A stretch of DNA of 64,000 bases, taken from Felis catus (lineage: Eukaryota). The stretch is taken from contig NC_058368.1 of the NCBI RefSeq assembly GCF_018350175.1, forward strand, positions 177,756,001 through 177,820,000, read 5' to 3'. The first letter of the stretch is position 1. Every line of letters starts with the position of its first letter. Positions 47,881-61,554 of this stretch are shown here, piece by piece. A model generated the notes under the pieces. It had not been told where the DNA came from. It was given only the letters and a program-made list of their open reading frames with translations, and did not search any database. The position numbers were made by a program, and so were the translations under genes.

Positions 47881-49604
47881 TATAGTCACTTTTCTCATTC
47901 ACCTTTCTCTTTCCCCACATTACAGCTTGCCCGAAACTAAAAATGCTGATGAATGAGGATAACCAAAAATTGTTAATATCATGTTAAGCATATTAGGTGA
48001 GTTACTACCCTATCACTGATTCAATTTTTTTTTTTTTGTGCTTCCGTCTCAGTTTTTCCAGAGGCTAAAGTAGAACTGAAGCCTGCTTGTAACCCAAACG
48101 ATAACTATAAATGCCTCTTTGCAGATCTATTATTGTTGGAAAAAGAGAAACCCAAGTGGGTACTTTTGATAGTCCTTTTTCTTGAAGATTAGATAGATCT
48201 AGGGCAGGGTGGTGAGGCGAAGAGGAATGGGTTTTCGAGTCAGAAAGACTCCTAGATCAGGCACTTATTGGTTGTGTGACCTTCTGCAAGTTGTTTGACC
48301 TCTCTGAGCCACAGCTTACTCATCTGTATAATGAAATATAATGAAAATAACATTACTCAATTAACTTAATAAATATTTACTGAGCACTTACTATATGCTA
48401 GGCACTGGGAATAAAGTGTTGCCTCAAGACACCGTTTCTGTCCTTCAGAAAACTGCAATCAGGTAGGAAATAAGGACACACAGAGTATGTAACCCAGTTT
48501 TGGTAGGCACAGTGGTTCTGAGAATGACAAGGCTGAAGTACCCACCTGAAAACACCTATGACAGCATCAGGCACAGAGTACACGTCCATAAACATACACT
48601 TAATAAGTGGTAGCACCAGGACTTACATCCAAGCTCAGTACTCCCTCCCTAATGCCACTTCATCAAGACTCCCTTGAGAGCCTTGTTGAAATGCAGATTC
48701 CAGGCCTCAGACCACACTTTGAGAGCAATATAGCCGCCTGCAACTAATTTAAAATCTTCAAGTATTACTATGATGTGAGTTAAAAGAATGTCAAGCCAAA
48801 CTGTAATAAGAAAAGACAAGGCTTCAGTTTCTGTCCTTGAAGGATTAACTGCTATGAGAATTTTTCCTTCTGCCATAAACAACTAGAAAACAGGACAAAA
48901 ATATGAAACAACATTTTTCAATTATTGCACAACAAGCAGTACGGGGCTATTAAACCAGAGAGGAGGGAAACAAATGATGTGATTGCTCAAGCTTATTGCC
49001 CCAAGTAGTTTCCAGGCTACAGACCAGGAAGGGGGAACCCAAATGGAGCTAAGCAGTCTCACTGAGTTGAAGAGAAACAGTTTGAATTTGGGGAGACTGA
49101 GGCAGCTAGAACTCATGGGACAGAGTTTCAGGGAGTGGGAGCTATACAAAGAGACAGTTCTGGAGATCTGTAAAGGAGTCCTTCCCATCCAGTCTCCGAA
49201 TAATAACAGAGATATATAACACATGTGTAGTTCCAGAAGGAATGGAGATAGAGGGAAAGAGGTAGACTGTGATTATTTGAAGGCAAACTGTGCTGATATT
49301 ATTTGAAGGTGTAGATTATAAACCCTAGAGTACCACTAAAAATAAAAAAGTCTGGCTAATAAACTCATAGGGGATATAAAATGGATTCATAAGAAAGATG
49401 TAATTAATCCTAACCAAAAGAAGGCAGGAAAAAAAGAAAAAAGAAACAAAGTTCAGACAAAATAAAAAGAAAACAAGTAGCAATATTATAGATTTAAACT
49501 CAAATACACTGGTACTTACATTAAATATAAATGGTTGAAACACTAATTAGAAGGCAGAGACAGTGAGATTTGATATAAAAATATGACCCACCTATAAGCT
49601 GTGT

Positions 49605-50095
49605 GTTTGGCAAATACGTTCATGTGCTAATTCCCAGAACCTGTGAATGTGTTAGATTATACAGCAAAGAATAAATAAGACTGCAGGTGGACTAAGATTG
49701 CTAATTAGTTGAGTGAAACATAGGGAGATTATTTTGGATTATCTGGGTAGGCCCAATGTAATCCCAAAGGTCCTTAAAAGTAAAAGAGAGAAGCAGGAGA
49801 GGTCAGACTTAGAGGGAGATGTATCTATAGAAGAATGGTTACAGATGCAATCTTGCTGGTGTTGAAGATGAAGGGGGGCCATAAGCCAAGGAATTTAGGT
49901 GGTCTCTAGAAACTGGAACAGGCAAGGAAATGGATTTGGTCCTAGAAAGGAACACAGCTCTGCTGACACTTTCATTTTATAGCCCAGTGAGACCCATGTC
50001 ACATTTATGATCTAAAGAACCATAAGATAATAAATGTACATTAGTTTAAGCCACCAAGCTTGTACAAATTTGCTATAATAGCAATAGAAAATACC
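49605..50095 (+). mobile_element. MLT1D-like MaLR solo LTR nested in the L1
   Basis: ctaattcccagaacctgtgaatgtgtt...tagggagattattttggattatctgggtaggcccaatgtaatc...tttaagccac...gcaatagaaaatac. Confidence 0.8.
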
Positions 50096-50337
50096 TGCTG
50101 TCTACAAGAAACCAACTATAAATATAAAGACACAGAAAGATTAAAAGGGAAATGATAGAAAAAGAGGCAACCTAATCAAAAGAAAGCTGGAGAGGCTAGT
50201 AATATCAGACAAAGTAGATTTCAGAAGAAAGAGTATTAAAAAAAAAAAGAAAGAGTATTGCAAGAGATAAAGAAGGTCATTTCATAATGATAAAGGGGAA
50301 AATTGACCAAAGGAACATAACAATCCTAAATATTTAT

Positions 50338-50564
50338 TTATTAAAAAAAAATTTTTTTTTTCAACGTTTATTTATTTTTGGGACAGAGACACACAGAGCA
50401 TGAACAGGGGAGGGGCAAAGAGAGAGGGAGACACAGAATCGGAAACAGGCTCCAGGCTCTGAGCCATCAGCCCAGAGCCCGAGGCGGGGCTCGAACTCAC
50501 CGACTGCGAGATCGTGACCTGGCTGAAGTCGGACGCTTAACCGACTGCGCCACCCAGGCGCCCC
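50338..50564 (-). mobile_element. Young SINEC_Fc-type SINE nested in the L1
   Basis: Perfect 19-bp TSD aacaatcctaaatatttat (50319-50337 / 50565-50583). Confidence 0.93.
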
Positions 50565-52788
50565 AACAATCCTAAATATTTATGTATCTAGTAACAAAGC
50601 TTTGAAATACTTTATATAAAAACTGATAGAACTGAAAGGAGAAATGGAAAAATCTATATAGTCAGACTTCAGCACTTCTCTCTTGGTGGTTCATAGAATA
50701 AGTAGAAAACAAACAACCGGTAATAACATAGAAAATCTGAACAATTAGACCACCATAGAACATTCTTCCCAACAACAGTGGAATGCACAGTCATTTCAAG
50801 TGCCCATGGCACATTCATCGTATTTTGAACATAAAAAGGATGCAATAAATATAAAGATTATAAAAATTACTGAGTATTTCCTATGACCACAATGGAATTA
50901 AACTAGAATCAGTAACAGATATCAGGAACACCTGTGAATATACAGAAATTAAAAACCCTGTGCCTCTAAGTAACAATCCACTGATAAAAGAAGAATTCAG
51001 CAGGACAATTAGAAAATATTTTTGAACTGAATAGAAAAAAAATCTCAAAATATATAAAATTTTTGTGAGGAATAGCTATAGCAGTGCTTAGATGAAAGCA
51101 TTAAATGTGTATATTAGCAAAGAGGAAAGGTCTAAAATCAGTTATCTAAGTATCTACTTGACAAAATTAAGAAAAGAAAAAGCAAAGTAAACTAAAGGAA
51201 GGGAAGGGAATAATAAAGGCCATATATGAAATTAATGAAATAAAAGATGGAAAAATAAAAGAGAATTCAATGAAAACTGAAAGCTGGTTCTGTGCAATAA
51301 AACTGATCAATCTAGAGCCAGAATGAGAAAAAAAAGAGAGAGAAGACACAAATTGCCAATTTCAGGGATGGGAGAGGGGAATCACTACAGACCTTGCTCA
51401 AATCATATTGTATAACAATGGGATATTATGAACAATTTTATGTCAATGTCAGATGAACTTCAGATGAAATGGAGAAATTCTTTTGAAGATACAAACTACC
51501 AAATGCTATGCCAGATCTAATAAATAAGTGGAATAGTCCTGTATCCATGAAAAAATTTAATCTGTAGTTAAAAAAACTTACTAACAACAATAAAAAATCT
51601 AGGCTTAAAGGCCTCACTAAGGAGATCTAATAACCATTTAAGTAAGAACTAGTAACAATTCTCCACAAACTTTTTAAGAAAATAGGAGAGGTGGAAACAA
51701 TCCTCGAGTCATTTTATGATGGCATTAGACTGACACTAAAACAAGGCAAAGATACAGAAGAACAAAGAGTACAAGATATGGAAGAAGAACTATAGAAAAA
51801 CTACTGAGAACACATCAATATCTGTCACGAACATAGATGTAAAAAATCTGTATCAAAATTTTAGAAAGTCGATTTCAATAGCATATAAGAAGGATGTGTT
51901 ACAACCTAGTGTGGAATGCAAGGTTGGTTTTACATTCAAATACCCATCAATGTGATGATTAACATTATGTAATGTATTAAAAAAGCAAAGCCATATAATC
52001 ATCTCAGTAGATGTAGATAAATAATTTGATAAAATTCAATATTCATTCATGATAATACTCTCAGAAAACCACAAATAAGGGAATTTTTTCAACAAGATAA
52101 AAGAGCATCTATATAAAAACCTATGGCTAACATTAGACTGAATGGTGAAAGAATGAATGGAGACATTTCCTTGGAGACAAGGAAAAAAATGTTTGCTATC
52201 ATTACTTCTACTCAACATTGTATTGTGGACCCTAGCCAGTGTGATAAGGCAAGGAAAAAAAAGCCATACAGACTGGAAAGGAAGAGATGAAACTGTCTTT
52301 ATTTGTAGGTACATCTATGCAGAAAATCTTAAGACATCTACAAAAACTACCAGAATTAATAGGTGGGTTTAGTAAGGTTGAAGGATATATGGTGAACATA
52401 CAAAAAAAATCAACTGCAATTCTGCACAGTAGCCAAAAACAATGGGTAATTAAAATTCAATACCATGTACAATAGCATAAAAATATAAAATACGTAGTTA
52501 TAACAAAATAAGTACAAGAGTCATACATTTAAAGCTACAAAAATGCTGTTGAGAAAAATTAAGGAAGACCTAAATAAATGGACAGATATGCCATTTTCAG
52601 GAATTGAAAGTTCAATATTGCTAATATGTTAACTGCCCCCAAATTGGGCTAGAGATTCAACGCAATCCCCACGAAAATTCCTCTACTCATTTATTTTTTC
52701 TAACGAGAAACTGACAAATTGACACTAAGGTGTATATAAAAAGACAAAGGACCCAGAATAGTCAAGACCACTTTAAAAGAGAAAAACA

Positions 52789-52957
52789 GAGGCACCTGGG
52801 TGGCTCAGTCAGTTAAGTGTCTGACTCTTTATTTCAGTTTAGGTCATGATCTCACAATTTGTGGGATTTAGTCCCATGTCAGGCTCTGCACTGACAGCCG
52901 AGTGCCTACTTGTGATTTTCTCTTTGGCTCTCTCTCTCCCGTGCTCGCTCGCTCTCG

Positions 52958-52990
<33 letters not shown>

Positions 52991-53016
52991 AATATAAATA
53001 AAGATTAAAAAAAAAT
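52789..53016 (+). mobile_element. CAN-SINE nested in the L1
   Basis: TSD agagaaaaaca; long (CT)n. Confidence 0.88.
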
Positions 53017-54548
53017 AGAGAAAAACAAAATTAGAGGGCTATACTCTCTGATTTCAAGATGTACCAGAAAGGACAGAAGTTAAGAATCAGAACAGTATAG
53101 AATTGGCACAAAGTAATTCAATAAGGAAAGAACATTCTTCAACAAAAGGTGCTAGAACAATTGAATAACTGTATGCTAAAAAACAGCTTTTGTCTCATAC
53201 ATAATATTATATACAAAAAGTTTAGTTGAAATGGTTCACAGACCCAAACATAAGATCAAAAACTATAAAACTTCTGAAGAAAACATAAAAACCACCTGTC
53301 TGGCCTTGGGTTAAGCAAAGATTTCTTAGGATAGGACCCAAAAGACATGAACCATAAGAGAAAAAATAAGTAAATTGGACTGCCTCAAGATTAAAAAAAC
53401 TTTGCTCTTATAAGATGAGACTGTTAGAAAATAAAAATACAAGCCAAGCCTGAAAAAATATTTTCAAAACACATATCTGATAAAGGATCTGCATCCAGAA
53501 TATTTAATAAATGTTTACAAGATAAATAACCCAGTTTAAAAAAATGGGTAAAGGATTCAAACAAATACTTCACTAAGAAGATACGTGAATGGCCCATAAG
53601 CATGAAAAGATGTTCAAATCACTATTCAGCAGTGAAAGAAATATTAAAAACATCATGAGATTCCTCTTAACTCCCACTAGGATGGCTAAGATTAAAAAGA
53701 CTGACAATACCAAGTGTTAGGGAGGTTACTGGGAAACTGGAACCCTCAAACGTTGCTGGGAGAGCAGAATGGTACAGTCATTTTGGGAAACAGTGTCACA
53801 ATTTTTTTATAATGTTAAAAATACACTTAGCATACAACTCAAAAATCCCACTCCTAGCTATTTCCCCAAGAGAAATACTACCTGTCCACAGAAAGACTTG
53901 TACATTCACAGTAGCATTGTACAAAACAACCAAGTAATGGAAACAACTCAAAAGTCCATCAGCTGGTGAATATATAAATAGATAAGTTGTAGTATTCCAC
54001 ACAATGGAATAATACTCAGCAACAGAAAGGAATAAACTGACTTTCAAAACAGCATGGAAGAATCTCAAAGGCGTTATGCTAAACGAAAGAGAAAGGTATA
54101 TACATCACAGGATTCCACTTAGATGAAATTCTGGAAAAGGTAAACTATAGTGAAAGAAAGTAGACAGTGGTCCCTTGGGGCTGGGGTGAGGGGGAAGGGA
54201 CTGATTAGAAGGGGGCACTAGAGCGCTTTCTGTGGTGAAGAAAATGTTCCATATCTCAGTTGTGATGGTTCATGACTGTGTATATATATTTGTTATAGTC
54301 ACTGAACAACTAACTGTTCACTTAAAATCAATGTGTATAAATTATACCTTTAAGCGTATTAAAAATTAAGCTGTACATCAAAATACAAAAAGGCATTTTC
54401 TCACTTGCAAGCAATAATTATGGAATAATCTCTTAGTTTGGGTACATAATTTTTTCCTATCTGTAGGATGATCATCTTAGTAAGCACATACATTAAGAGA
54501 CCACAATCAAGTTTTTCCTCTGGAAATCATGTTCTCCACAATACTTAC

Positions 54549-54687
54549 CAAGAGTAGTGAGTCCCTCGGAGATAGATGTGAGAACATACAGCAGTACAGG
54601 AGGCTCTAAGTTGGTGATGAAGCTCATGTGGTCCTGGGTGAGACACTCCAGGAGTGGATAATAAGACTGGCTCAGTTTCCGATATTG
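54549..54687 (-). CDS. RANBP17: RANBP17 exon (139 bp): [46 protein letters not shown]
   Basis: Acceptor ctgtgttttag|CAA, donor TTG|GTAAGT, phase 0/1. Confidence 0.94.
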
Positions 54688-55000
54688 CTAAAACACAGAG
54701 ATACCAAGTGTCAAGCCACTGGGAAGCAAAAGACATGTTAAGGTCTAGTGGAAACTGCCATTTATAATATTAGAAAATATAAACCTACCTAAATATAAAT
54801 ATATAAAATAAATACATGGAACAAATGACAAACACATGATTCTCAATTTGGTATTTAAGGGGGTTCTAATAGGAATCTCTTGATCTCTAGAAATCCTAAT
54901 TTGAAGACACAGCACAGAAAGTATCCTCAATTTTACCTTACATGGATAACACTTAAATGCAAATAAAATTCTGTAGTATGGAATTTAGAAGACTGAATTC

Positions 55001-55802
55001 TTCCTCAAAAAAAAAAAAAGTTAGAGAGGGAGGGAGCCAAACCATTAGATATCTTAAAAATTGAGAATAAACTGAGGGTTGATGGGGGGTGGGAGGGAGG
55101 GGAAAGTGGGTGATGGGCACTGAGGAGGGCACCCGTTGGGATGAACACTAGGTGTTGTATGGAAACTAATTTAACAATAAATTTTATATTAAAAAAAACA
55201 ACTAAAAATAGAGTTACCCTACGATCCAGCAATTGCACTATACGGTATTTACCCAAAGGATACAAAGATACAGATTGGAAGGGGTACATGTACTTCAATG
55301 TTTATAGAAGCATTATCAACAATAGCAAAACTATGGAGAGAGCCCAAATGTCCACTGACTGATGAATGGATAAAGATGTGGTATGTAGACACACACACAC
55401 ACACTGGAATATTATTCAGTCATCAAAAAGAATAAGAGCTTGCCAACTGCAACGGCGTAGATGGAGCTAGAATGTATCATGCTAAGTGAAATAAGTCCAT
55501 CAGAGAAAGACAAATACCATAGGATTTCACTCATATGTGGAATTTAAGAAACAAAGCAGATAAATCTATGGGAAGTGGAGGAAAAAGACAAGGGAGGGAA
55601 ACAAACCACAAGAGAGAAAAAACTGAGGGTTGATGGAGGGAGGTGGGTGGGGGGGATGGGTTAAATGGGTGATGGGTATTAAGGAGGGCACTTGTAGTGA
55701 TGAGCACTGGCTGTTGTATGTAAGTGATGAATCACTGAATTCTACTCCTGAAACCAATACTGCACTTCATGTTAACTGAAATTTAAATTGAAAAAAAAAA
55801 AA
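55001..55802 (+). mobile_element. Carnivore L1 3' fragment with a second, shorter L1 3' end (about 55010-55200) nested at its start
   Basis: Two G-rich L1 3' UTRs (aaactgagggttgatgg...gggtgatgggca/ta) each followed by an A tail. ORF2 C-terminal remnant aaaatagagttaccctacgatccagcaattgcacta. Confidence 0.85.
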
Positions 55803-56099
55803 GACAATTATTTTCTGGATGGAGATATTGTAACTCTGAACAGTTATTACTAGTGGTAAGGCAGCCCTTTTTTTTTTTTTTTTTAACACAAAGCTTTTGC
55901 TGTTATAATAGGATTTGGCATCATGGTCTGTTGTACTTACAGAGTGCCTGACCACCTAATTAAATCATAATTTGGTCAATGGCTTAATATTTGCTATATA
56001 CTACGAGCAAAAGGTAAGTGTATGAGAAAGATCCCTGGAAAACTTCAAATGAAACTCAAGCCAATACCAAAGAAGCACAACACTCATAAGAGAAATAAA

Positions 56100-56290
56100 C
56101 CAGAGCAGTATTTATTAACGTGAGATTAAGGCCACCTCCATGAGATCACATGGGGTGCTTGCTAAAAATGCAGTTTCCTGATCCCCACTCCAGACTCACT
56201 AAATGAAAAGCTCTGGAATGAGGTCCTAAAACATGCATTTTACATACATAAAGGGAATCCTATGCATCCTCAATTTTGAGAATTAGTGAA
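56100..56290. mobile_element. MER5-like MITE
   Basis: gatcacatggggtgcttgctaaaaatgcagtttcctg...ccccactccagactcactaaat. Confidence 0.6.
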
Positions 56291-57465
56291 TTAGAGATTT
56301 GATTGCCTGTTAGAAAAAAGATGAGAGAAATTCCTGGAGCTACAATCAGTTTTTTTGGTGGACCTCAACTATAGTGAAGTGTCTTCTCAGTGAGGTGTCT
56401 GTTAACGCATGGTTGATCTGAGTCAAATTTCTAGTCTGTAATTTCTGTCACACAGGCAGCCTTCAATGAGCATTCTGTTCTACTACTGAGGCTTAACCAC
56501 TTTAGCTGGAGATGTGGTTCCATAAAGGCTTAGAACGGTGGAAGAAGGTGCCACTAGTCCATTCTTGTTCAGGATGACTCAGGCTGACCAAAGGCCCCCT
56601 AGATCTTAGCAGATGGTAAAGCCTGAACTACACCTGAGCATGAATTTGGCTGTTATTGAAGTAATTACTGCAGCCACATTGGGCATATATTAGCTTTTGT
56701 GCAGAGGTGTTTAAAAAAAAAAGTGTGATAACGACACAGCTCAGTGGAGGAGCCTGGAAATTTAAATTTCCAACAAGCACCCTAGGTGATTCTGATGGGC
56801 CTCAAAGTTTGAAAACCACTGACATAGATCATAGAAACTAGACGGTAGAGTTGAAAAGGGACCTGGAGATCACTTTGTTTAATTTACTCATTTTAAAGGT
56901 GAGGAAATTAAAGCCTGGAGAAATAGAGAAGGTGATTTATTCAAGGTAAATGACTAGTGAGTGGCAGAGTTGAGACTATGCACCCGCACGCTCAACTTTG
57001 ATTTCAGCACTCCTTCCGCCACACCAGAATTTTCATGCAAAGGAAAGCCAAACAGTAGGGGAAGTAGAGGGCATAGGAGGAGGAAGGAAGAAGGAAGGAG
57101 AAGATCCTGCAGCCGATCCTACATTTCTGCTCCAAGAGACAGACCTGTTTTGAATTATGAGTATAGTTGTAAGCAATCAGTTGAAATTGCTGATGACATT
57201 TTCTCTAGATGCAGAACCTGGAGCACTCTGGAGGACCGATCCATCAGACGGTGGTAGCTGCAGTTTTCAAAACTGCACATTTAATTATAGAAACACAGCC
57301 ACTATAGTTGTTCAAATTCTGCGAGTTAAATCAAGATGCTGTCCTAAAACATAACAATGTTCTGGTGCTATTCTAACTCCCTGGGCTTCACTGTAACCAT
57401 TCCAAGCCTGTGGTGGTGTTACTTCACATTTCACACAAAGACTCCCGTGATGCACGATTGCTTAC

Positions 57466-57680
57466 TAGCAAGTCACTGTGGGACACTGACAGCAGCATTT
57501 TGACAAAGGCCTGGAGTACATTGTCAAAATGGTTGTCCCCATACAACTTGAAGACGCCAAAGCTGACATAATTTCCACACAAGGCAGATTTCAGAGCTGA
57601 ATAGCAGATGGAGATGCCCTTGAGTTTCATTGGATAAATCTGATCTTTTGAGAGGCTCCCAAGGGACAGGATCTGATTAC
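57466..57680 (-). CDS. RANBP17: RANBP17 exon (215 bp): (G)[71 protein letters not shown]
   Basis: Acceptor cctaaaacag|GT, donor CTA|GTAAGC, phase 1/0. Overlaps ORF 57424-57630. No further upstream exon recognised in the window. These six exons are probably 23-28 in human numbering (recalled, not verified). Confidence 0.95.
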
Positions 57681-58552
57681 CTGTTTTAGGGTAAAAGCAG
57701 ACAGAGAAAGTGATATAAGTAGATGTAATTCAAGGCACATTATTTAACATTTTCACTTCACCGCTAATGTTCACCTCCTCCTAGCATTGTTCCAAAAATT
57801 ACACCATCCGTGTAACGAAAAATGCAAATATTTAAGGCAGTTTACCTGGGAAGCACAAACGGCCCAAGGAAAACCAATCAAGCGTACTGGCAAAGTTTTA
57901 TGTTTTTATCTAGGTGGTGATTATACGAATATGCAGGTAGATATGGAAAAATTCATTGAGTTGCACTCTTAAGATTAGTTCACTTTACATATTTTAATAT
58001 ATGTGTTATCTCCTCTTCAACAAGACATTAGAAACGTAGGAGTAAACAACCAACTAAGTCAAGAGAAAAAGCCTAGGCTGAGATATAAGTTACGCTAAAT
58101 TCTGGGATGAAGTTCCAGCAGTTTTACATGAATTTGATCTTGAGTTACTTCACTTTTAGGAGCCTCGCAGGTTTGGTATATGAATTAAATGAAATAAGAC
58201 GCACAAGAAATCCTCGGCACAGTGCATAACAAATGTTACTTCCTTTTTCCTTCCGTCATTTTTCAGAAGATCTCAAGAGATGATTTTTAAAACTGTACTT
58301 AAATTCTATGTTGTCCATCAACAGATAAAGAAATGTTTATATAATCACCTTAAAAATTTTAATACTGGTTAGCATTTATAACCAACAATTCGTTTCTGAA
58401 ATGTGTGCTAGTAAGGCATGTTTTTAGGCAATACCAAGAATGCCTTTTAAAAAACTATAAAGTCCTACATGTTTCTTAGCTCTGTGTTTTCCTATTTAAG
58501 TGAGTACTGCTAAAATTGAAACTAAACTCAACTTACAAAATGTAGAGGTGCA

Positions 58553-59185
58553 TTGTTGTGGCTTTGTACTGTGCCAATTTGGCTACACAAGAACTAACTT
58601 TCCCAGAATGCATTTCCCTTTATGGTTGTGGGCTAGAATTGGGCAAGAGAGAAATTTGTGTGAGATTTGTAAGGTGGAAGTGAAGTAGCAGCCACGCTTT
58701 TGTGAAGGTCACTGTGACCAGAGTGAGAAAAAACAGTAGAAATGCCGCTGGGTTTCAGTTTGTCCGTGTTCTTTCCTCCTCTGTGTCTAGAACCACCAGT
58801 CCTGCTGACGAATGACTCCAAGCCCATCACCAACTACTCTGCAGCAGACTTCCAGGCTGGCAGCTATGCAAAGGCAGCCGCTTTCCATTGACTTCTACCC
58901 TACACCAGTTCCCTCTGACCCCACATCCTTTCATGGTTCCATTCTAGCAGCTGGAAGAGACACTTCCAGCTGCTAGAATTCCCTGCAAGCTCCAACTTGT
59001 CCACCCAGGCCATTGTTTCAGGAGGGCTGATTAGTGGTTTTTCTTCTGAATTTTCAATTCCCCCCTTTGACCTATTTTCCCATCTTTGCCCAAGACTGTA
59101 CAAAGTCTGATTCATAAAACAAGTTCCCTGTTCTGTCAGTGTCATAGTGCTTGTTTTTCCCTGTTTGAATCCTGACTGATATGTA
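58553..59185 (+). mobile_element. Old ERVL-class solo LTR
   Basis: Starts tgttgtggctttgtactgtg...ttggcta...tttcccagaat and ends tttccctgtttgaatcctgactgata. Confidence 0.6.
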
Positions 59186-61554
59186 TATTACAGTAACCAC
59201 GTGTGTACTGTAAGAGGGGTGAGACAGACCCTGGAATTTACTCCACACCAAATCCCGTACCCTCTCTCATGACCTCATCCTAATTTAGAGAGTAAGTTCC
59301 ATAAAGATTCAACTTAATATGACAGCATTTACTTAACAGCTATTATGTGTGAGGTGCTGGGATAAACAAAGGAAATAAAATCTCTATTCTGAAGAAGTTC
59401 AGTCTGGTGGGAGAAATAGATTTATAAATCAATGATTTCATACAATGTGACAAACACAGAGAGATTGGGTTAAAATGTTAGGGGAACAGAAGAAGAGACT
59501 GACTCTGCTTGGCCAGGAGGTCAGTGGGGAAAGGCTTCACAGAACAGGCTATTTCTCAAGGATCAAGCCCGGTTTTCCAGGAAGACTTGGAGGGGGAAGA
59601 GTGTGTGCTAGGTAGATTATGCGCACAGGTATGGAGGTCCACAAAAGCAGGATGCTGCAGGAGAAGACAGTTCTCAACCACTGCCTTTTTACCTTTGCCT
59701 CAAATTCAGTATAAACCAAGGTAGACATTCCCCTGTCCTCTCTGTCCTCAGAAAAGGAAAGCACTGCTTTCCCCATAATCTGGGGGTTATGTGTGGACTA
59801 CACATTTTGGGTTTCTTGGAAAGGCCCAGGTCAACGGGAGAAAACTGGATCATCTTTTGGGGTCTTTTTATGCTCATGTCCTTATGGGAGAAGTAAAGGT
59901 CTTATATTCTACAGCAAAGATGGAATGGGCAGACCAAGAACGGTGATGGTACAAAAATTTTGATTTAAAGATTGGATAACCTATCATCAAGAAGGATTAC
60001 TTATTTAGAATCACAACTTTCATCTCTGTGTTGAAGTTGCAACCTAAAATACATGTCTTTTGGCCTGTGTCAGACACATCTGTGTTAATTTATTTTAATT
60101 AAACAAGTTAATTAGTGTAGCCTTGTGACCTTTGAAAAGGAGAACGAGTAATACTTTTGAAATAGAAAGTTGTACCTCACTGTGCTCAGGTACCTCAGCA
60201 TTCCGTGGTGGCTATGAAAGACTCTGGAAGAGAAGGCTTGGCCAAGTCATTTACTCACTCCGACTCAGCTTTATTCAGTATGTGTCACTGAACAGTACTT
60301 ACTGAAATTGGATTGCACCCCCCTCCCAAAAAAAAGCTTAAAATGCCACAATTGGGGGCAGGGGAATGAGATACCGTACATTCTTAACGTTAGGCCTGGG
60401 AGAGAGGGGTGTGGAGGCTCCTCTGGGGCTCCGGACAAGAATGCTGGGAATTGATGGATAACCTGGCCGAGGGCAATAGTGGGGGGAACTTCCAGTGGGA
60501 GGCACAGGTGCCACAGCACTGCCATTCTTACTCCTGTGCATGCTGCAGCAGGAAATCTCACTAAATGATACGGGGAAAAAAACCCTGAAAAATAAGCACA
60601 GAGGACTCCAGATACTGGTAATTCAGCTTATCATTTGCTTATATTAATTGCTTGGGTTCTCTTTTCTTAACCTCTATTCTCTGTCCCTTTTGGAGAAACC
60701 TTTTTGTTTTTGTTTTGGGGTTAGCTTCCAGCACTCAGAAGTACCCTTCTGGACAATCCTCAAGATCTAGATTCAGAGAAGGATATACATTAAAAAACGC
60801 AAAATCTCCACTTCTGTTTACCTGAGATCTGCTTTCAGGTCTTTTTTTTTTTTAACTCTTCTTCCTTCTGAGACCCCACCTCTTCTCTGAGTGACTGACT
60901 CTATAATGTCTCTTTCAAAAGAGGCTTCCTACACCCAAAGAAGAGTGATCTTCTTTCACAGGTCTCCGGTGGAGAACTATATAAAAGACAGTATTCTAAC
61001 AGAAGACAGAAATACAGTGCATAAGGGAGTAATGAACCGGGTGGGCTTCTGACTCATACTGATTGGGGTTGAAGCCTACCTCTTTCCTTACTACCTCGGT
61101 GTCTGAGCAGATTGTTAATCTCTGTAAGTCAGTTTCCTCATTTATAAAATAAGGATAATTAAAGTACGTAAAACACACAAGGCTCTTATGTGGAGTAAAG
61201 GAGACAGCATATGTAAAGCGCTTACCATAGTAACTGGCACAGCGCTCGCTCAGTAAATGTAAATATGACAATGCATACTCCTGTGGGTTCATTTCTTTCT
61301 CAAGTCTAGTAGCCTGTAAGTTCACACATGGGGGGCTATGGCCGGGAAAAGAGGGGGAGCTGAAGCTGGCTGTGTAGCATAATACACTTCCTTCTAATAT
61401 GCGATTCAAAGTAAGGTCAATGCTATGTCTTGGAACATCTTCCCTCTGTTCCTTCAATAGAGAATTGGCTGTATGGGGTCACAGTGTGGTTCTTTGCTCT
61501 ACAGTCTACCTGTTTTCTGTGTCCTCAGAAGAATACTTAAAAAAAGAACGCTGA

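Larger units (their letters stand above)
48760..54360 (+). mobile_element. Old, decayed eutherian L1 (L1MC/MD/ME-like), antisense to RANBP17, with nested insertions
   Basis: A-rich ORF2 remnants (e.g. 52157-52372 CLLSLLLLNIVLWTLASVIRQGK, RT region), many stops and frameshifts, and an L1M-type 3' UTR ending tgtgtataaattatacctt. The 5' boundary is approximate. Confidence 0.85.

Noticed and set aside
48760..54360. Functional reverse transcriptase or endonuclease system
   Set aside because: Heavily decayed L1 with many stops, frameshifts and three nested insertions.
57675..57690. Recursive splice site at the exon start (CAG|GTAATC)
   Set aside because: The GT is required by the Gly-Asn codons and the reconstituted donor is weak at +5/+6.
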